Shown here: one piece after another, positions 1 to 8,079 of the stretch
Layout: the number at the start of each line of letters is the position of its first letter
Numbering within the stretch: position 1 is the first letter of the stretch
Assembly (NCBI GenBank): GCA_025839675.1
Contig: CP104013.1
Location: forward strand, 1,020,001 to 1,052,000
DNA from: Candidatus Lokiarchaeum ossiferum
Lineage (GTDB): Archaea > Asgardarchaeota > Lokiarchaeia > Sigyniarchaeales > Promethearchaeaceae
Reading direction: 5' to 3'
DNA: 32,000 nucleotides
Made by a program: the position numbers and the translations under genes
Notes under the pieces: generated by a model
Database searches by the model: none
What the model was told of the DNA's origin: nothing
The model's input: the letters and a program-made list of their open reading frames with translations, nothing else

Positions 1-1
1 G

Positions 2-559
2 CTGGACGCACCACTCTTCAAATCTGGAATCTTGACCCACGATCCAATTCGTTTTGGTCCTCCAAAACTATGTGGATGGCTTCGTAAAACAGAGTATAAT
101 GGCATTTTTTATTCCTATATAATGAATAATTACTGGATGACTAATTATAAGGCAGATCAACCAGGTAACACGTTATTCAGATATGTTTTTAATCCACACC
201 AGAAATTTAATGAAAGTGTAACTACTCGATTTGCCCTCGAAGAGGGACAACCCTTGCTTGTTTTCAACAATACTCAAAATATTAGCAAGAATAGATTCCC
301 TTTAGTAATTTCAAGCAAAAATATTATCATTACAAATGTGAAATTTGATAAAAAATTCATTTTTTATACTGTTAGAGTCTTTAATGCATCAAATTCAATA
401 CTAAACTGCAAAATAACCGTGAATACTGACTCGATCGCGGAAATTATAGGTCAAAACAAGCAAAATAGGTTAACCAAGGACATCCTTCAGCTCGAACCTC
501 TTGAAATTATTTCACTAAAAATGCGAGGTGAAATTAAGTTAACGGAATTTAACCCTTGA
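2..559 (+). CDS. C-terminal part of a CDS that enters from upstream of the window; possibly the C-terminal region of a GH38-type alpha-mannosidase-like glycoside hydrolase
   Basis: The frame is open from base 2 (LDAPLFKSGI precedes the track's TTG at 32), so the track start is internal. The block YIMNNYWMTNYKADQPG...FRYVF resembles, from memory, a conserved NNYWxTNF...Q.G...FRY block in prokaryotic GH38-like proteins. The family call is unverified. Confidence 0.45.
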   Translation: MDAPLFKSGILTHDPIRFGPPKLCGWLRKTEYNGIFYSYIMNNYWMTNYKADQPGNTLFRYVFNPHQKFNESVTTRFALEEGQPLLVFNNTQNISKNRFPLVISSKNIIITNVKFDKKFIFYTVRVFNASNSILNCKITVNTDSIAEIIGQNKQNRLTKDILQLEPLEIISLKMRGEIKLTEFNP

Positions 560-735
560 AAACAAGAGAAATTTTTGCATTTTTCCCAATTATTCTATCA
601 AATTTTAACATACTAGTTAAATGGGTTTGATCTATAAGATCTTGGACGCAATCTACAACTTCAAGATTAAGAGTTTTTTCACAAATATCCATAATTCAAG
701 TCTTTTTTTATTCCTTGATTAAGTATATAATTAAT

Positions 736-1155
736 ATGGGAAAACTAGTTCTTCGGTCAGCACAACTCATTGGAGGACTTGCATGTCTCTTCTTTGGTGG
801 CACTTTTATTCTCATCGGTGTTTCAAGTTTGTTTTCGGATGATCTTGGTTCATCTGATCCTCAAACATTTTACATTGAGCTTTTACCCAACCTTATTTTA
901 ATTTTCAGTGCGATAATTTGTTTTATAATATTCAATATAAAGAAGAAGTATAAAATCGGCGGTATCTTACTTATTAGTTTCGGCATTGCACTCTTCTGCT
1001 CAATAATAATAACTAAATTAATCCGAACCCATGATTTAGTAGAAAGCATAAGAGCAGGTTCTTTGGGAGGGATGATTTACGGCCCCCCGTTTATTCTTTC
1101 AGGAGTATTCTATCTGGCAGCAGCTAATTCTTATGAATCCATTGATGAGAAATAG
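736..1155 (+). CDS. Small integral membrane protein, about 4 TM segments, unknown function
   Basis: The ORF track gives 715-1155 with a TTG start; the first ATG is at 736. Four long hydrophobic stretches are present (LIGGLACLFFGGTFILIGV, LILIFSAIICFIIF, GGILLISFGIALFCSIIIT, PPFILSGVFYLAAA). I recognise no family. Confidence 0.6.
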   Translation: MGKLVLRSAQLIGGLACLFFGGTFILIGVSSLFSDDLGSSDPQTFYIELLPNLILIFSAIICFIIFNIKKKYKIGGILLISFGIALFCSIIITKLIRTHDLVESIRAGSLGGMIYGPPFILSGVFYLAAANSYESIDEK

Positions 1156-1217
1156 CAGTAAAAAGAAAACTCTTATTTGTTAAATTATATTTGTATTTCT
1201 ATTTATTTTTTAAAACC

Positions 1218-1775
1218 CTATGACTCATATTTTCGTTGACAATTGGGACATATTCCATGAGTTAGTTTAATTCCATGTTCAGAAGTCAAATATTCCGAAA
1301 TTCGATCCCAATATCCATCATCTTTTCTTACGCTAGAACACCATGAGCATATGGGTACATATTTCTCAAGAATACTCATTTTCTTATTATTCTCGATTTC
1401 AGCTAATTTTCGCGCATGCACATCTACACAACTTCCAATATAACCCTTGAAAAGACCGTTTTCATCAAAAAAAGGAGCACACCGATCAAAAATCCACCGA
1501 TATTCACCATCATGCCTCTTCAAACGGTATTCCATCTCAAATGCTTCCTTTTTTTCAAAAAACGAAATGTATGTTCCAACACATCCATCAAAATCATCAG
1601 GATGTACACCTTCTGTCCATCCATCACCTATTTCTTGATCAAAAGATCTTCCCGTAAATTTAAGCCATGTTTCATTAAAATAATTACATTTTTTACTCAG
1701 ATCAGATCTCCAAATCAGAATAGGGGATTGTTCAACAATGGTTTCAAGTTCGGAATAAGATAATTTTTCGACCAA
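1218..1775 (-). CDS. PAS-domain sensor protein with a C-terminal four-cysteine (CxxC...CxxC) module
   Basis: PAS S-box signature: SPILIWRSD...CNYFNETWLKFTGRS..QEIGDGWTEGVHPDD...EMEYRLKRHDGEYRWIFDRCAPFFDENG.FKGYIGSCVDV. The tail ICSWCSSVRKDDGYWDRISEYL..HGIKLTHGICPNC matches a Cys4 tail common on stand-alone PAS proteins. The start is TTG at 1775 with an AGGAG about 8 nt upstream; there is no in-frame ATG near the N-terminus. Confidence 0.8.
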   Translation of the reverse strand: MVEKLSYSELETIVEQSPILIWRSDLSKKCNYFNETWLKFTGRSFDQEIGDGWTEGVHPDDFDGCVGTYISFFEKKEAFEMEYRLKRHDGEYRWIFDRCAPFFDENGLFKGYIGSCVDVHARKLAEIENNKKMSILEKYVPICSWCSSVRKDDGYWDRISEYLTSEHGIKLTHGICPNCQRKYES

Positions 1776-1999
1776 ATAAAGTTCTCCTAACTACGTAAAT
1801 TGATGTGAACCTAAATCATTTTGTTGAAAATTTTTCTTATTATATTCACAACCTAACATTTCGACTCACTCAAATTGTAGCAGCAAAAACATTAGGACTA
1901 AAGAGGGCAATTTTATTTACAGGTAATCAACAACTATTAGCTATAAAAAATATTTATTTTAGAAAACTTTTACCAATGTACTGCAGAAATTGCGTACGA

Positions 2000-2392
2000 A
2001 TGTATGATTTGGAAAAGATAATTATGGATCTTCAAGTAAATGCTATTACAAAAGTATTAAAAGATATTAGTCAAATGTCAAATATTTATGGAGCAGCACT
2101 TTTTTCAAACCATGGAATATTGATCACGAGTCATTTACCAAATTCGATTGATAAACGTCAATTTTGTGCGATGTGTGCTACAATGGCGGGAGCAGCACTA
2201 ACTGCAGGCATTTCAATTGGAAATCATAATGTGGAGCAATTGACCGTTCGTTTTGATGAACATTATTTATTGTGCGAAATTTGCACGGAGGAAATACTTT
2301 TAGTAATTGTGATAGATAAACATGAGGAAATGAATATGAGCATCTTAACACCATTTATTTCGGAAATCAAAAAACTTTCCAATAATATTTAG
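2000..2392 (+). CDS. Roadblock/LC7 (MglB-like) domain protein
   Basis: The C-terminal ~120 aa (LQVNAITKVLKDISQMSNIYGAALFSNHGILITSHLP...VEQLTVRFDEHYLLCEICTEEILLVIVIDK) have the length and alpha-beta-beta-alpha-beta-beta pattern of Roadblock/LC7. The track start (GTG at 1805) adds 65 aa with no domain-like character. ATG at 2000 or 2024 is the more likely start. Confidence 0.75.
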   Translation: MYDLEKIIMDLQVNAITKVLKDISQMSNIYGAALFSNHGILITSHLPNSIDKRQFCAMCATMAGAALTAGISIGNHNVEQLTVRFDEHYLLCEICTEEILLVIVIDKHEEMNMSILTPFISEIKKLSNNI

Positions 2393-2581
2393 AGATATAT
2401 TAAAAAAAATATTGCATCCTTTTTCCAAATTTATCCTATATATATTTATCAAAACCTTCAATGAGACATTTTGTAACCTATTAGAAAGGATTTTCAATAA
2501 AAATTTAAGCGAGATTTTAAAAAAAAAATTGATTTCTTTGCTAAAACATCATTATTTGCTCTTTGAAGATATATTAATATT

Positions 2582-3418
2582 ATGAGTAATTCGAAAAATA
2601 ACCTCTTAGGTATTGCCTACATTTATGAGAAGAATCGCTTTCGAATTGCTCGAATTACGTTATTATCTCCATTCTTGGAAAAAAAAAACTCCACACTGCA
2701 AGATTGGTTTCGCATGGTGGATGACCAATTTTTATTCGATATAATGGCTTCTATTTCAAATTATGACATTTCAGAATTCACAAAATGCCATTTAATTCAA
2801 GTGGAACTCATTCATACTAATAATGGGAGAAAATCATGGAATGTGTTTTTTGTTAATAGGAATTTCTATTTCAAAGAAATATTTGGGGATATAAAGCCAA
2901 ATGGAGAATATAATTTTAAAAAAATACATTTGGATCAGTTGAATATTGTAACTAAATTTGTTTTGAAGCATTTAAATAAAGAAGAAGAATATTTCAATAC
3001 ATTTTCAGACCTTTTACCCGAATTAAATAAAAAATCAGACCATTTTTATGAAATTAATACCAAACCATTGTATTTTAATAGAAAAATTAATTCCTATCCA
3101 CAATTGAATCAAAATAAAGATAAAAAGCCTTTAAGTTCCTTGATAGGATCAATAAAATTTATGAATACCATAATTTTGATAAGAAATTTTGTATTTTCAG
3201 GCGAATCCACCATTTCCTTTCAAATTAAGGGAAGAGATGCAAGATTATTAAATGAAATTCGTGGTTCATCCGATTTGATCTCATTTAGTTTATATTTTCC
3301 AACCAATACAGAAGGAACCCAACAGATTCTGGAACAAAAATTAATGGGAGATTTACTATTTCTCGAAAAAATAAAAGAGAACGAATGGGAAGCAGTAATA
3401 AGATACAAAGAGAATTGA
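2582..3418 (+). CDS. Hypothetical protein (278 aa), no family recognised
   Basis: Long ORF with an ATG start and no competing ORF except a short antisense one. Its composition is typical of real proteins in this window. No motif recognised. Confidence 0.6.
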   Translation: MSNSKNNLLGIAYIYEKNRFRIARITLLSPFLEKKNSTLQDWFRMVDDQFLFDIMASISNYDISEFTKCHLIQVELIHTNNGRKSWNVFFVNRNFYFKEIFGDIKPNGEYNFKKIHLDQLNIVTKFVLKHLNKEEEYFNTFSDLLPELNKKSDHFYEINTKPLYFNRKINSYPQLNQNKDKKPLSSLIGSIKFMNTIILIRNFVFSGESTISFQIKGRDARLLNEIRGSSDLISFSLYFPTNTEGTQQILEQKLMGDLLFLEKIKENEWEAVIRYKEN

Positions 3419-3489
3419 ATAACTGAATTACTTTTCCTATTGTGGGAAGAAAAGATAAGCCTTTTTTACCAGAGAAAGCTTACTCTTAA

Positions 3490-4176
3490 ATGATTATTAT
3501 GAAAGAATTTTCATATAAAGATATTAAGATTCAGTGGTTAGGTCATGATTCGTTTATGGTTATGGGAAAGACAAAGAACATTTATTTTGATCCATATCAA
3601 CTTGAGAAAAAGAAGTATCCCAAAGCAGATATTATTATTTCCAGTCATGAACATATGGATCACTGCCATCCAGAATCAATAAACATCATTTCAAATGAGA
3701 AAACCGTTTTAATAGGACCAAAAGTTTGCCAAAATATTTTTAAAAAAGATATACCAATTAAAGGGGAGGTAAAAGAGCTAAATCCTTATGATAAACTTAG
3801 TATTGAAGATATAAAAATCACTGCAATACCTGCCTACAACTCGCATCGCTTCCGATCCCCCGGAATGCCATTTCACCCAAAAGAAGCAAACCATATCGGG
3901 CCGATAGTAGAAATCGATGGAGTAACCCTATATCACGCAGGTGATGCGGATTTTATCCCCGAAATGAAAGAAATTGATGTAGATATTGCTTTCCTTCCTG
4001 TCAGTGGAAAATATGTCATGGATGTGGAAGAGTGTGTCCAAGCTGCAGAAAATATTCAAACCAAAGTTATTATCCCCATGCACGTTGGGAGAGGAATTGG
4101 GAACTTAGAAGCTACAAAAGAACTTAAGGAAAAGCTACCGAATCGAGAAGTTATTCTTTTAGATATTGCAGATTAA
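3490..4176 (+). CDS. MBL-fold metallo-hydrolase (cytosolic, UPF0173-like)
   Basis: HxHxDH motif as SSHEHMDHC. Further metal-ligand contexts are YHAGDADF and IPMHVG. The size (~228 aa) is typical. Confidence 0.85.
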   Translation: MIIMKEFSYKDIKIQWLGHDSFMVMGKTKNIYFDPYQLEKKKYPKADIIISSHEHMDHCHPESINIISNEKTVLIGPKVCQNIFKKDIPIKGEVKELNPYDKLSIEDIKITAIPAYNSHRFRSPGMPFHPKEANHIGPIVEIDGVTLYHAGDADFIPEMKEIDVDIAFLPVSGKYVMDVEECVQAAENIQTKVIIPMHVGRGIGNLEATKELKEKLPNREVILLDIAD

Positions 4177-4333
4177 GAAGCCAATTAATCTTCATCCTCT
4201 TTTTTCATCCCTTGTATTTTCTAAAAAGTAGTTCATTTTCAGTCTTCATGAAATCTAATTCTAAAAAAAATGAACACAGTTTGAATTCGCAGTTAAGTTT
4301 TTATTAAAATCCTAAAATTAAGAAGCTAAAGCG

Positions 4334-5110
4334 TTGTTAAGTTGTGAAATTATGAAAATAAACTTGTCTAAACTATCAAAGAAGCATATTGCTATAAGCA
4401 TAGGGATTTTAGTCATATCCACAGCCACGATTACTGCAATTACGGTTGGTGATCTTCAATCTAAAATAAAAATAACCTATCTTGGACAGTCGGCATTCAT
4501 GATAGAAGCTGATGGAAAACGTATCTATATTGACCCTTATAATTTGCCTGAAATCTATGCAAATAAGCCTGCAGATGGTGTGATTATCACCCATTCCCAT
4601 TATGATCATTTTTCTCGAACTGCTCTGAATTTGATCTCTAATAATTTAACTGAACATGTTGGGCCAGATTCAATGGCAACATATAAAAATTTTTTCAATG
4701 TATCAGCAATAAATCCATTTGAAAACACAACGATTGCGGGATTTAATTTAGAAGCAATACCGATGTACAATCTTGGAAATTCACCAATGCATGCCAAAAC
4801 CCAAGGTTGGTGCGGATATATTATTGAAATTCACGAGATTCGTATTTTTCATGCAGGTGATTCAGATAATATACCTGAATATGAAGACTTGAAAGGGAAG
4901 ATAGATGTGGCATGTCTACCAATTGGCAATCGAAGGCAAACGATGGGTTTTAGTGAAGCTTCAGAGGCAATTGGAGTGATTGAACCAGAATATGTTATTC
5001 CAATGCATTATTGGGAGATTAAACCAAAATCGTTCAAAGAATACTGCGCCAAAGATCACCCAGAAACTACTTTCAAAATTATGAAAGAGGGAAATGTCTT
5101 TTATATATGA
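4334..5110 (+). CDS. MBL-fold metallo-hydrolase paralog with an N-terminal signal-anchor/TM segment
   Basis: THSHYDHF motif, FHAGDSDN and IPMHYW mirror the upstream paralog. The N-terminus KHIAISIGILVISTATITAITV is hydrophobic. Coordinates are taken from the track; an ATG (M7) lies 18 nt inside. Confidence 0.8.
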   Translation: MLSCEIMKINLSKLSKKHIAISIGILVISTATITAITVGDLQSKIKITYLGQSAFMIEADGKRIYIDPYNLPEIYANKPADGVIITHSHYDHFSRTALNLISNNLTEHVGPDSMATYKNFFNVSAINPFENTTIAGFNLEAIPMYNLGNSPMHAKTQGWCGYIIEIHEIRIFHAGDSDNIPEYEDLKGKIDVACLPIGNRRQTMGFSEASEAIGVIEPEYVIPMHYWEIKPKSFKEYCAKDHPETTFKIMKEGNVFYI

Positions 5111-5188
5111 AAGTCTACTAAATATTCTTCTTTTTTCCTATTATCACAAAATTCTTTTTTTATATTTCACAATAATAATAGTCGCAAA

Positions 5189-6238
5189 ATGAAACTCGGT
5201 TCGATAGATTTACCAACAGATTTAATCTTAGCACCTATGATGGATACTATGACCCCCAGTTTTAGGAATCTTATCATGCAACAAGGGGGAGTCGGAATGA
5301 TTGTAACTCCCATGATCTTTGTTCAACAAGTTGCTGCAGCTCCAAAAACCGCTATCCCCCATTTAGAACATATTGAAAAACAAAAACCTTCCAGCGTTCA
5401 AATTGTAGCGAGTGGAAGAAATCCAGACCATATCAAAAAAGCATTGGATTTTTTAAGTTCATACAATTTTGATGTCTTAGATATCAACGGAGGTTGTCCT
5501 GCTCCCCATACAATGAAATCAGGAGGAGGAGGAGGTCTTCTTCGGGATTTTCATCGAGATAAATCTATTACTCGCTTACAAAATGTAGTTGAGACATGCA
5601 TGAAATACTCTCATGTTCCAGTATCCTTAAAAACCCGCTTAGGATATGAAAATGAAACGGATATCTTAGAGATCAGTAAAAAATTGGAGGACAGTGGAAT
5701 TCTTTTTCTCACTCTCCATGGTAGAACTGTCAGTCAAAAATATCGTGGTACTGCAAATCATGAAATAATCCGTCAAGTAAAGGAACAATTAAATATCCCG
5801 ATTGTCGGAAATGGTGATGTATATGATTATCAATCCTATAAAAAAATGAAAGACCAGACCAATTGTGATGCTGTGATGATAGGAAGAGCTGCAATGTCGG
5901 ATCCTGCGGTTTTTTCAAAAATTTGGCAAAACCAACAAGCCATTAGCAAGGGTGAAGATGAAATTATGTTTCCTGATTATCACGATTTTGATACGATTCG
6001 CCAATATTTGCGCATGGATGACGAATTTATCTCCAATAGTTCCAGATTTTGGAACACAGATCGATTTAAAGTCGCCGAGTTGCGTCGATTAACGATCTGG
6101 TTTATCAAAGGGATTCCAGGATACAAGCGAGTTCGTGAGAAAATCTCAAAAATTATGGATATCAATGAAATTCGAGATTATATTTATGGGCAAGCGATTG
6201 AAGATGATTTCAAACAAGGACAAATAACCCATCTATAG
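5189..6238 (+). CDS. dus: tRNA-dihydrouridine synthase family flavoprotein (Dus-like TIM barrel)
   Basis: LAPMMDTM near the N-terminus, DINGGCPAPH..KSGGGGGLL (catalytic Cys region), LTLHGRT..QKYRG.A and GNGDV...DAVMIGRAA are the hallmark Dus blocks. Confidence 0.85.
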   Translation: MKLGSIDLPTDLILAPMMDTMTPSFRNLIMQQGGVGMIVTPMIFVQQVAAAPKTAIPHLEHIEKQKPSSVQIVASGRNPDHIKKALDFLSSYNFDVLDINGGCPAPHTMKSGGGGGLLRDFHRDKSITRLQNVVETCMKYSHVPVSLKTRLGYENETDILEISKKLEDSGILFLTLHGRTVSQKYRGTANHEIIRQVKEQLNIPIVGNGDVYDYQSYKKMKDQTNCDAVMIGRAAMSDPAVFSKIWQNQQAISKGEDEIMFPDYHDFDTIRQYLRMDDEFISNSSRFWNTDRFKVAELRRLTIWFIKGIPGYKRVREKISKIMDINEIRDYIYGQAIEDDFKQGQITHL

Positions 6239-6370
6239 GCTTTTTTTCAGCTTTTATTTTAATTACGAATTTATACAAAATTTCTGGGAAATTTTCTAAA
6301 AGATTCCTTAAAGGATATTTTCATAGGAGTAAGGAAATGTAATTTCATAGGACATCTTTATAAAAAAAAA

Positions 6371-7177
6371 ATGGGAAATTTCACGATGAACAGTAGCTCA
6401 GAAAAAACACCGACGGGAATTATTGGATTGGATGATGCCTTAAATGGAGGAATGCCAAAAGGTACAGTGTGCACAATTTCGGGTGGTCCCGGGTGCGGAA
6501 AAACAATTCTTGCTGCAGAATTCTTATATGAGGGAATAACAAAATTTGGAGATCCGGGTATTTATGTGTCTTTGGGGGAATCTAAAGACGAATTTTTATC
6601 AAACACCAAACCTTTTGGATGGGATTTTGCAAGTTTAGAGCGAGAAGGAAAGTTCAAATTTGTAGACTTTTCTTTTGAACGTTTAGTAAATATTAATGTG
6701 TGGTCCAAACAATCGAGTGATTATGATTCACCCAGTTTTCCACTAGATGGTTTAACTTTGGAAGAACAAACTTATATCAATATGATTCAAAATTTTGTGG
6801 GGACTATTATCGATTCAATCTCATTAATTGAAGCAAAGCGAATTGTTATAGATCCAATCAGTTCTTTGCGATTATTATTTCCAACCGAATTCATCAGCCG
6901 ACGAGAATTTTTACGAATTTTCACAATATTACGAGAATCAAAAACCACTGCAATGGTTCTTTCAGAGTTGCCCAAAGAAGAAGGGTTTTCATTAGAAGAA
7001 TTTGTGGGGAGTGGAGTTATTCGAGTCAATTACCGCAGAGGTGAAAGTGGTTCAATGAATATGGCAAGAACGTTAACGATTTTCAAAATGCGAGGAACAG
7101 CATTCAACGAAAAAGCTTTAAGTATGCGGATTACCTCAAGCGGTATTGAAATTTTGGGAGAAAGTTTAGGGTTTTGA
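6371..7177 (+). CDS. Single-domain KaiC/RecA-superfamily ATPase
   Basis: TGIIGLDDALNGGMPKGTVCTISGGPGCGKTILAAEFLYEG (Walker A), RIVIDPISSL (Walker B-like) and a FKMRGT tail are typical of archaeal KaiC-like/ArlH-like proteins. Confidence 0.85.
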   Translation: MGNFTMNSSSEKTPTGIIGLDDALNGGMPKGTVCTISGGPGCGKTILAAEFLYEGITKFGDPGIYVSLGESKDEFLSNTKPFGWDFASLEREGKFKFVDFSFERLVNINVWSKQSSDYDSPSFPLDGLTLEEQTYINMIQNFVGTIIDSISLIEAKRIVIDPISSLRLLFPTEFISRREFLRIFTILRESKTTAMVLSELPKEEGFSLEEFVGSGVIRVNYRRGESGSMNMARTLTIFKMRGTAFNEKALSMRITSSGIEILGESLGF

Positions 7178-7189
7178 ACGATATTTTCC

Positions 7190-7197
7190 TTTTTTTT
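7190..7197 (+). terminator. Oligo-T tract downstream of the KaiC-like gene (candidate archaeal terminator)
   Basis: A T8 run lies 13 nt after the stop at 7177, between convergent genes. Archaeal RNA polymerase is known to terminate at oligo-T. No experimental support. Confidence 0.3.
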
Positions 7198-7221
7198 CAA
7201 TTTTAAGTAAAATTAAATTTT

Positions 7222-8073
7222 CTATCTGAAAAAGATAAGTTCCAGAATTTGAAATAATAAATTTCCGCCTAGCGATGTAACCACTACCCCTAGCAGAAAA
7301 AGTGTTATCAAAGGAACCATCGGGCTAATCCAAATTTCTTGCAATCCCAATTTATGAAAATCCATGTAAATTTCTTTCATTTCTTCATGAGTATATTCAT
7401 CTTCATAACTTAGATCAAAAATAGCTTCCCAGGATTCATCATCTTCATTATAATCTTCGAGTAATTTTACAAACTTGTAATCAACAAGATTTTCAACAGA
7501 AATTCGTCTCCCTAACAAAAATAAAAGCAATTTCTTTCCTCGTGATAAATGAGAAAATTCTTGAAACCATGTGGTGGAGGATTTTGAATTTTTTAATACT
7601 TTTTTATACAAAAAATAATTGGATACTCCAAGATAGCATAGAAAAAGAGCAAAAATGAGAAAAGTATTTGTTAAAACAGCAAAAATGGAGGGTGCAATAT
7701 ATAAATTCACACGAGAATAGTGCACCAAAGGAGAATGAAAAGGAAAAATCAAAGCAATGATAAAAATTCCAATTAAATCTGCAGGTCCCATTAAAAAAGT
7801 TCCACCAAAAATTTTTGGGATCATGCAAATGCCAATAAATATTATTGCGACAATCAAATTAATAATAAGAGATAACCAATAATAATTAGGAACGAATATA
7901 AAACCAAGAATATGCAATCCGATTCCAATTGTTCCGCCAATATACCAAATCCAATCATAGACCAAACGTTCTTTGATATCTTGATAGGTTGCAACAGTTA
8001 ACACTAAGAAACACACAGAAAATTGAATCCAATAAAGAATATTCAGAGTTAGCATATCTTCCAACACCATCAT
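7222..8073 (-). CDS. A24-family aspartyl prepilin/preflagellin peptidase-like membrane protein (FlaK/PibD-like) with an acidic soluble insert
   Basis: Polytopic membrane protein. A first Asp context (TYQDIKERLVYD) sits in TM1 and a second (FLMGPADLIG) resembles the GxGD motif. An insert of about 90 aa (KKVLKNS...LEDYNEDDESWEAIFDLSYEDEYTHEEMKEIYMDF) precedes the last TM, as in FlaK. Confidence 0.7.
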   Translation of the reverse strand: MMVLEDMLTLNILYWIQFSVCFLVLTVATYQDIKERLVYDWIWYIGGTIGIGLHILGFIFVPNYYWLSLIINLIVAIIFIGICMIPKIFGGTFLMGPADLIGIFIIALIFPFHSPLVHYSRVNLYIAPSIFAVLTNTFLIFALFLCYLGVSNYFLYKKVLKNSKSSTTWFQEFSHLSRGKKLLLFLLGRRISVENLVDYKFVKLLEDYNEDDESWEAIFDLSYEDEYTHEEMKEIYMDFHKLGLQEIWISPMVPLITLFLLGVVVTSLGGNLLFQILELIFFR

Positions 8074-8079
8074 ATGAAA

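Noticed and set aside
1416-1763. Plus-strand ORFs 1416-1763 and 1447-1638
   Set aside because: They lie entirely inside, and antisense to, the PAS gene, which has clear domain motifs. Their translations are low-complexity (K/S/F/I/P-rich) with no motifs.
4334-4382. Possible frameshift at the start of the second MBL gene
   Set aside because: My hand translation around 4370-4382 was one base out of register with the ORF track. The track is computed from the sequence and its downstream frame is consistent, so I attribute this to my reading error.
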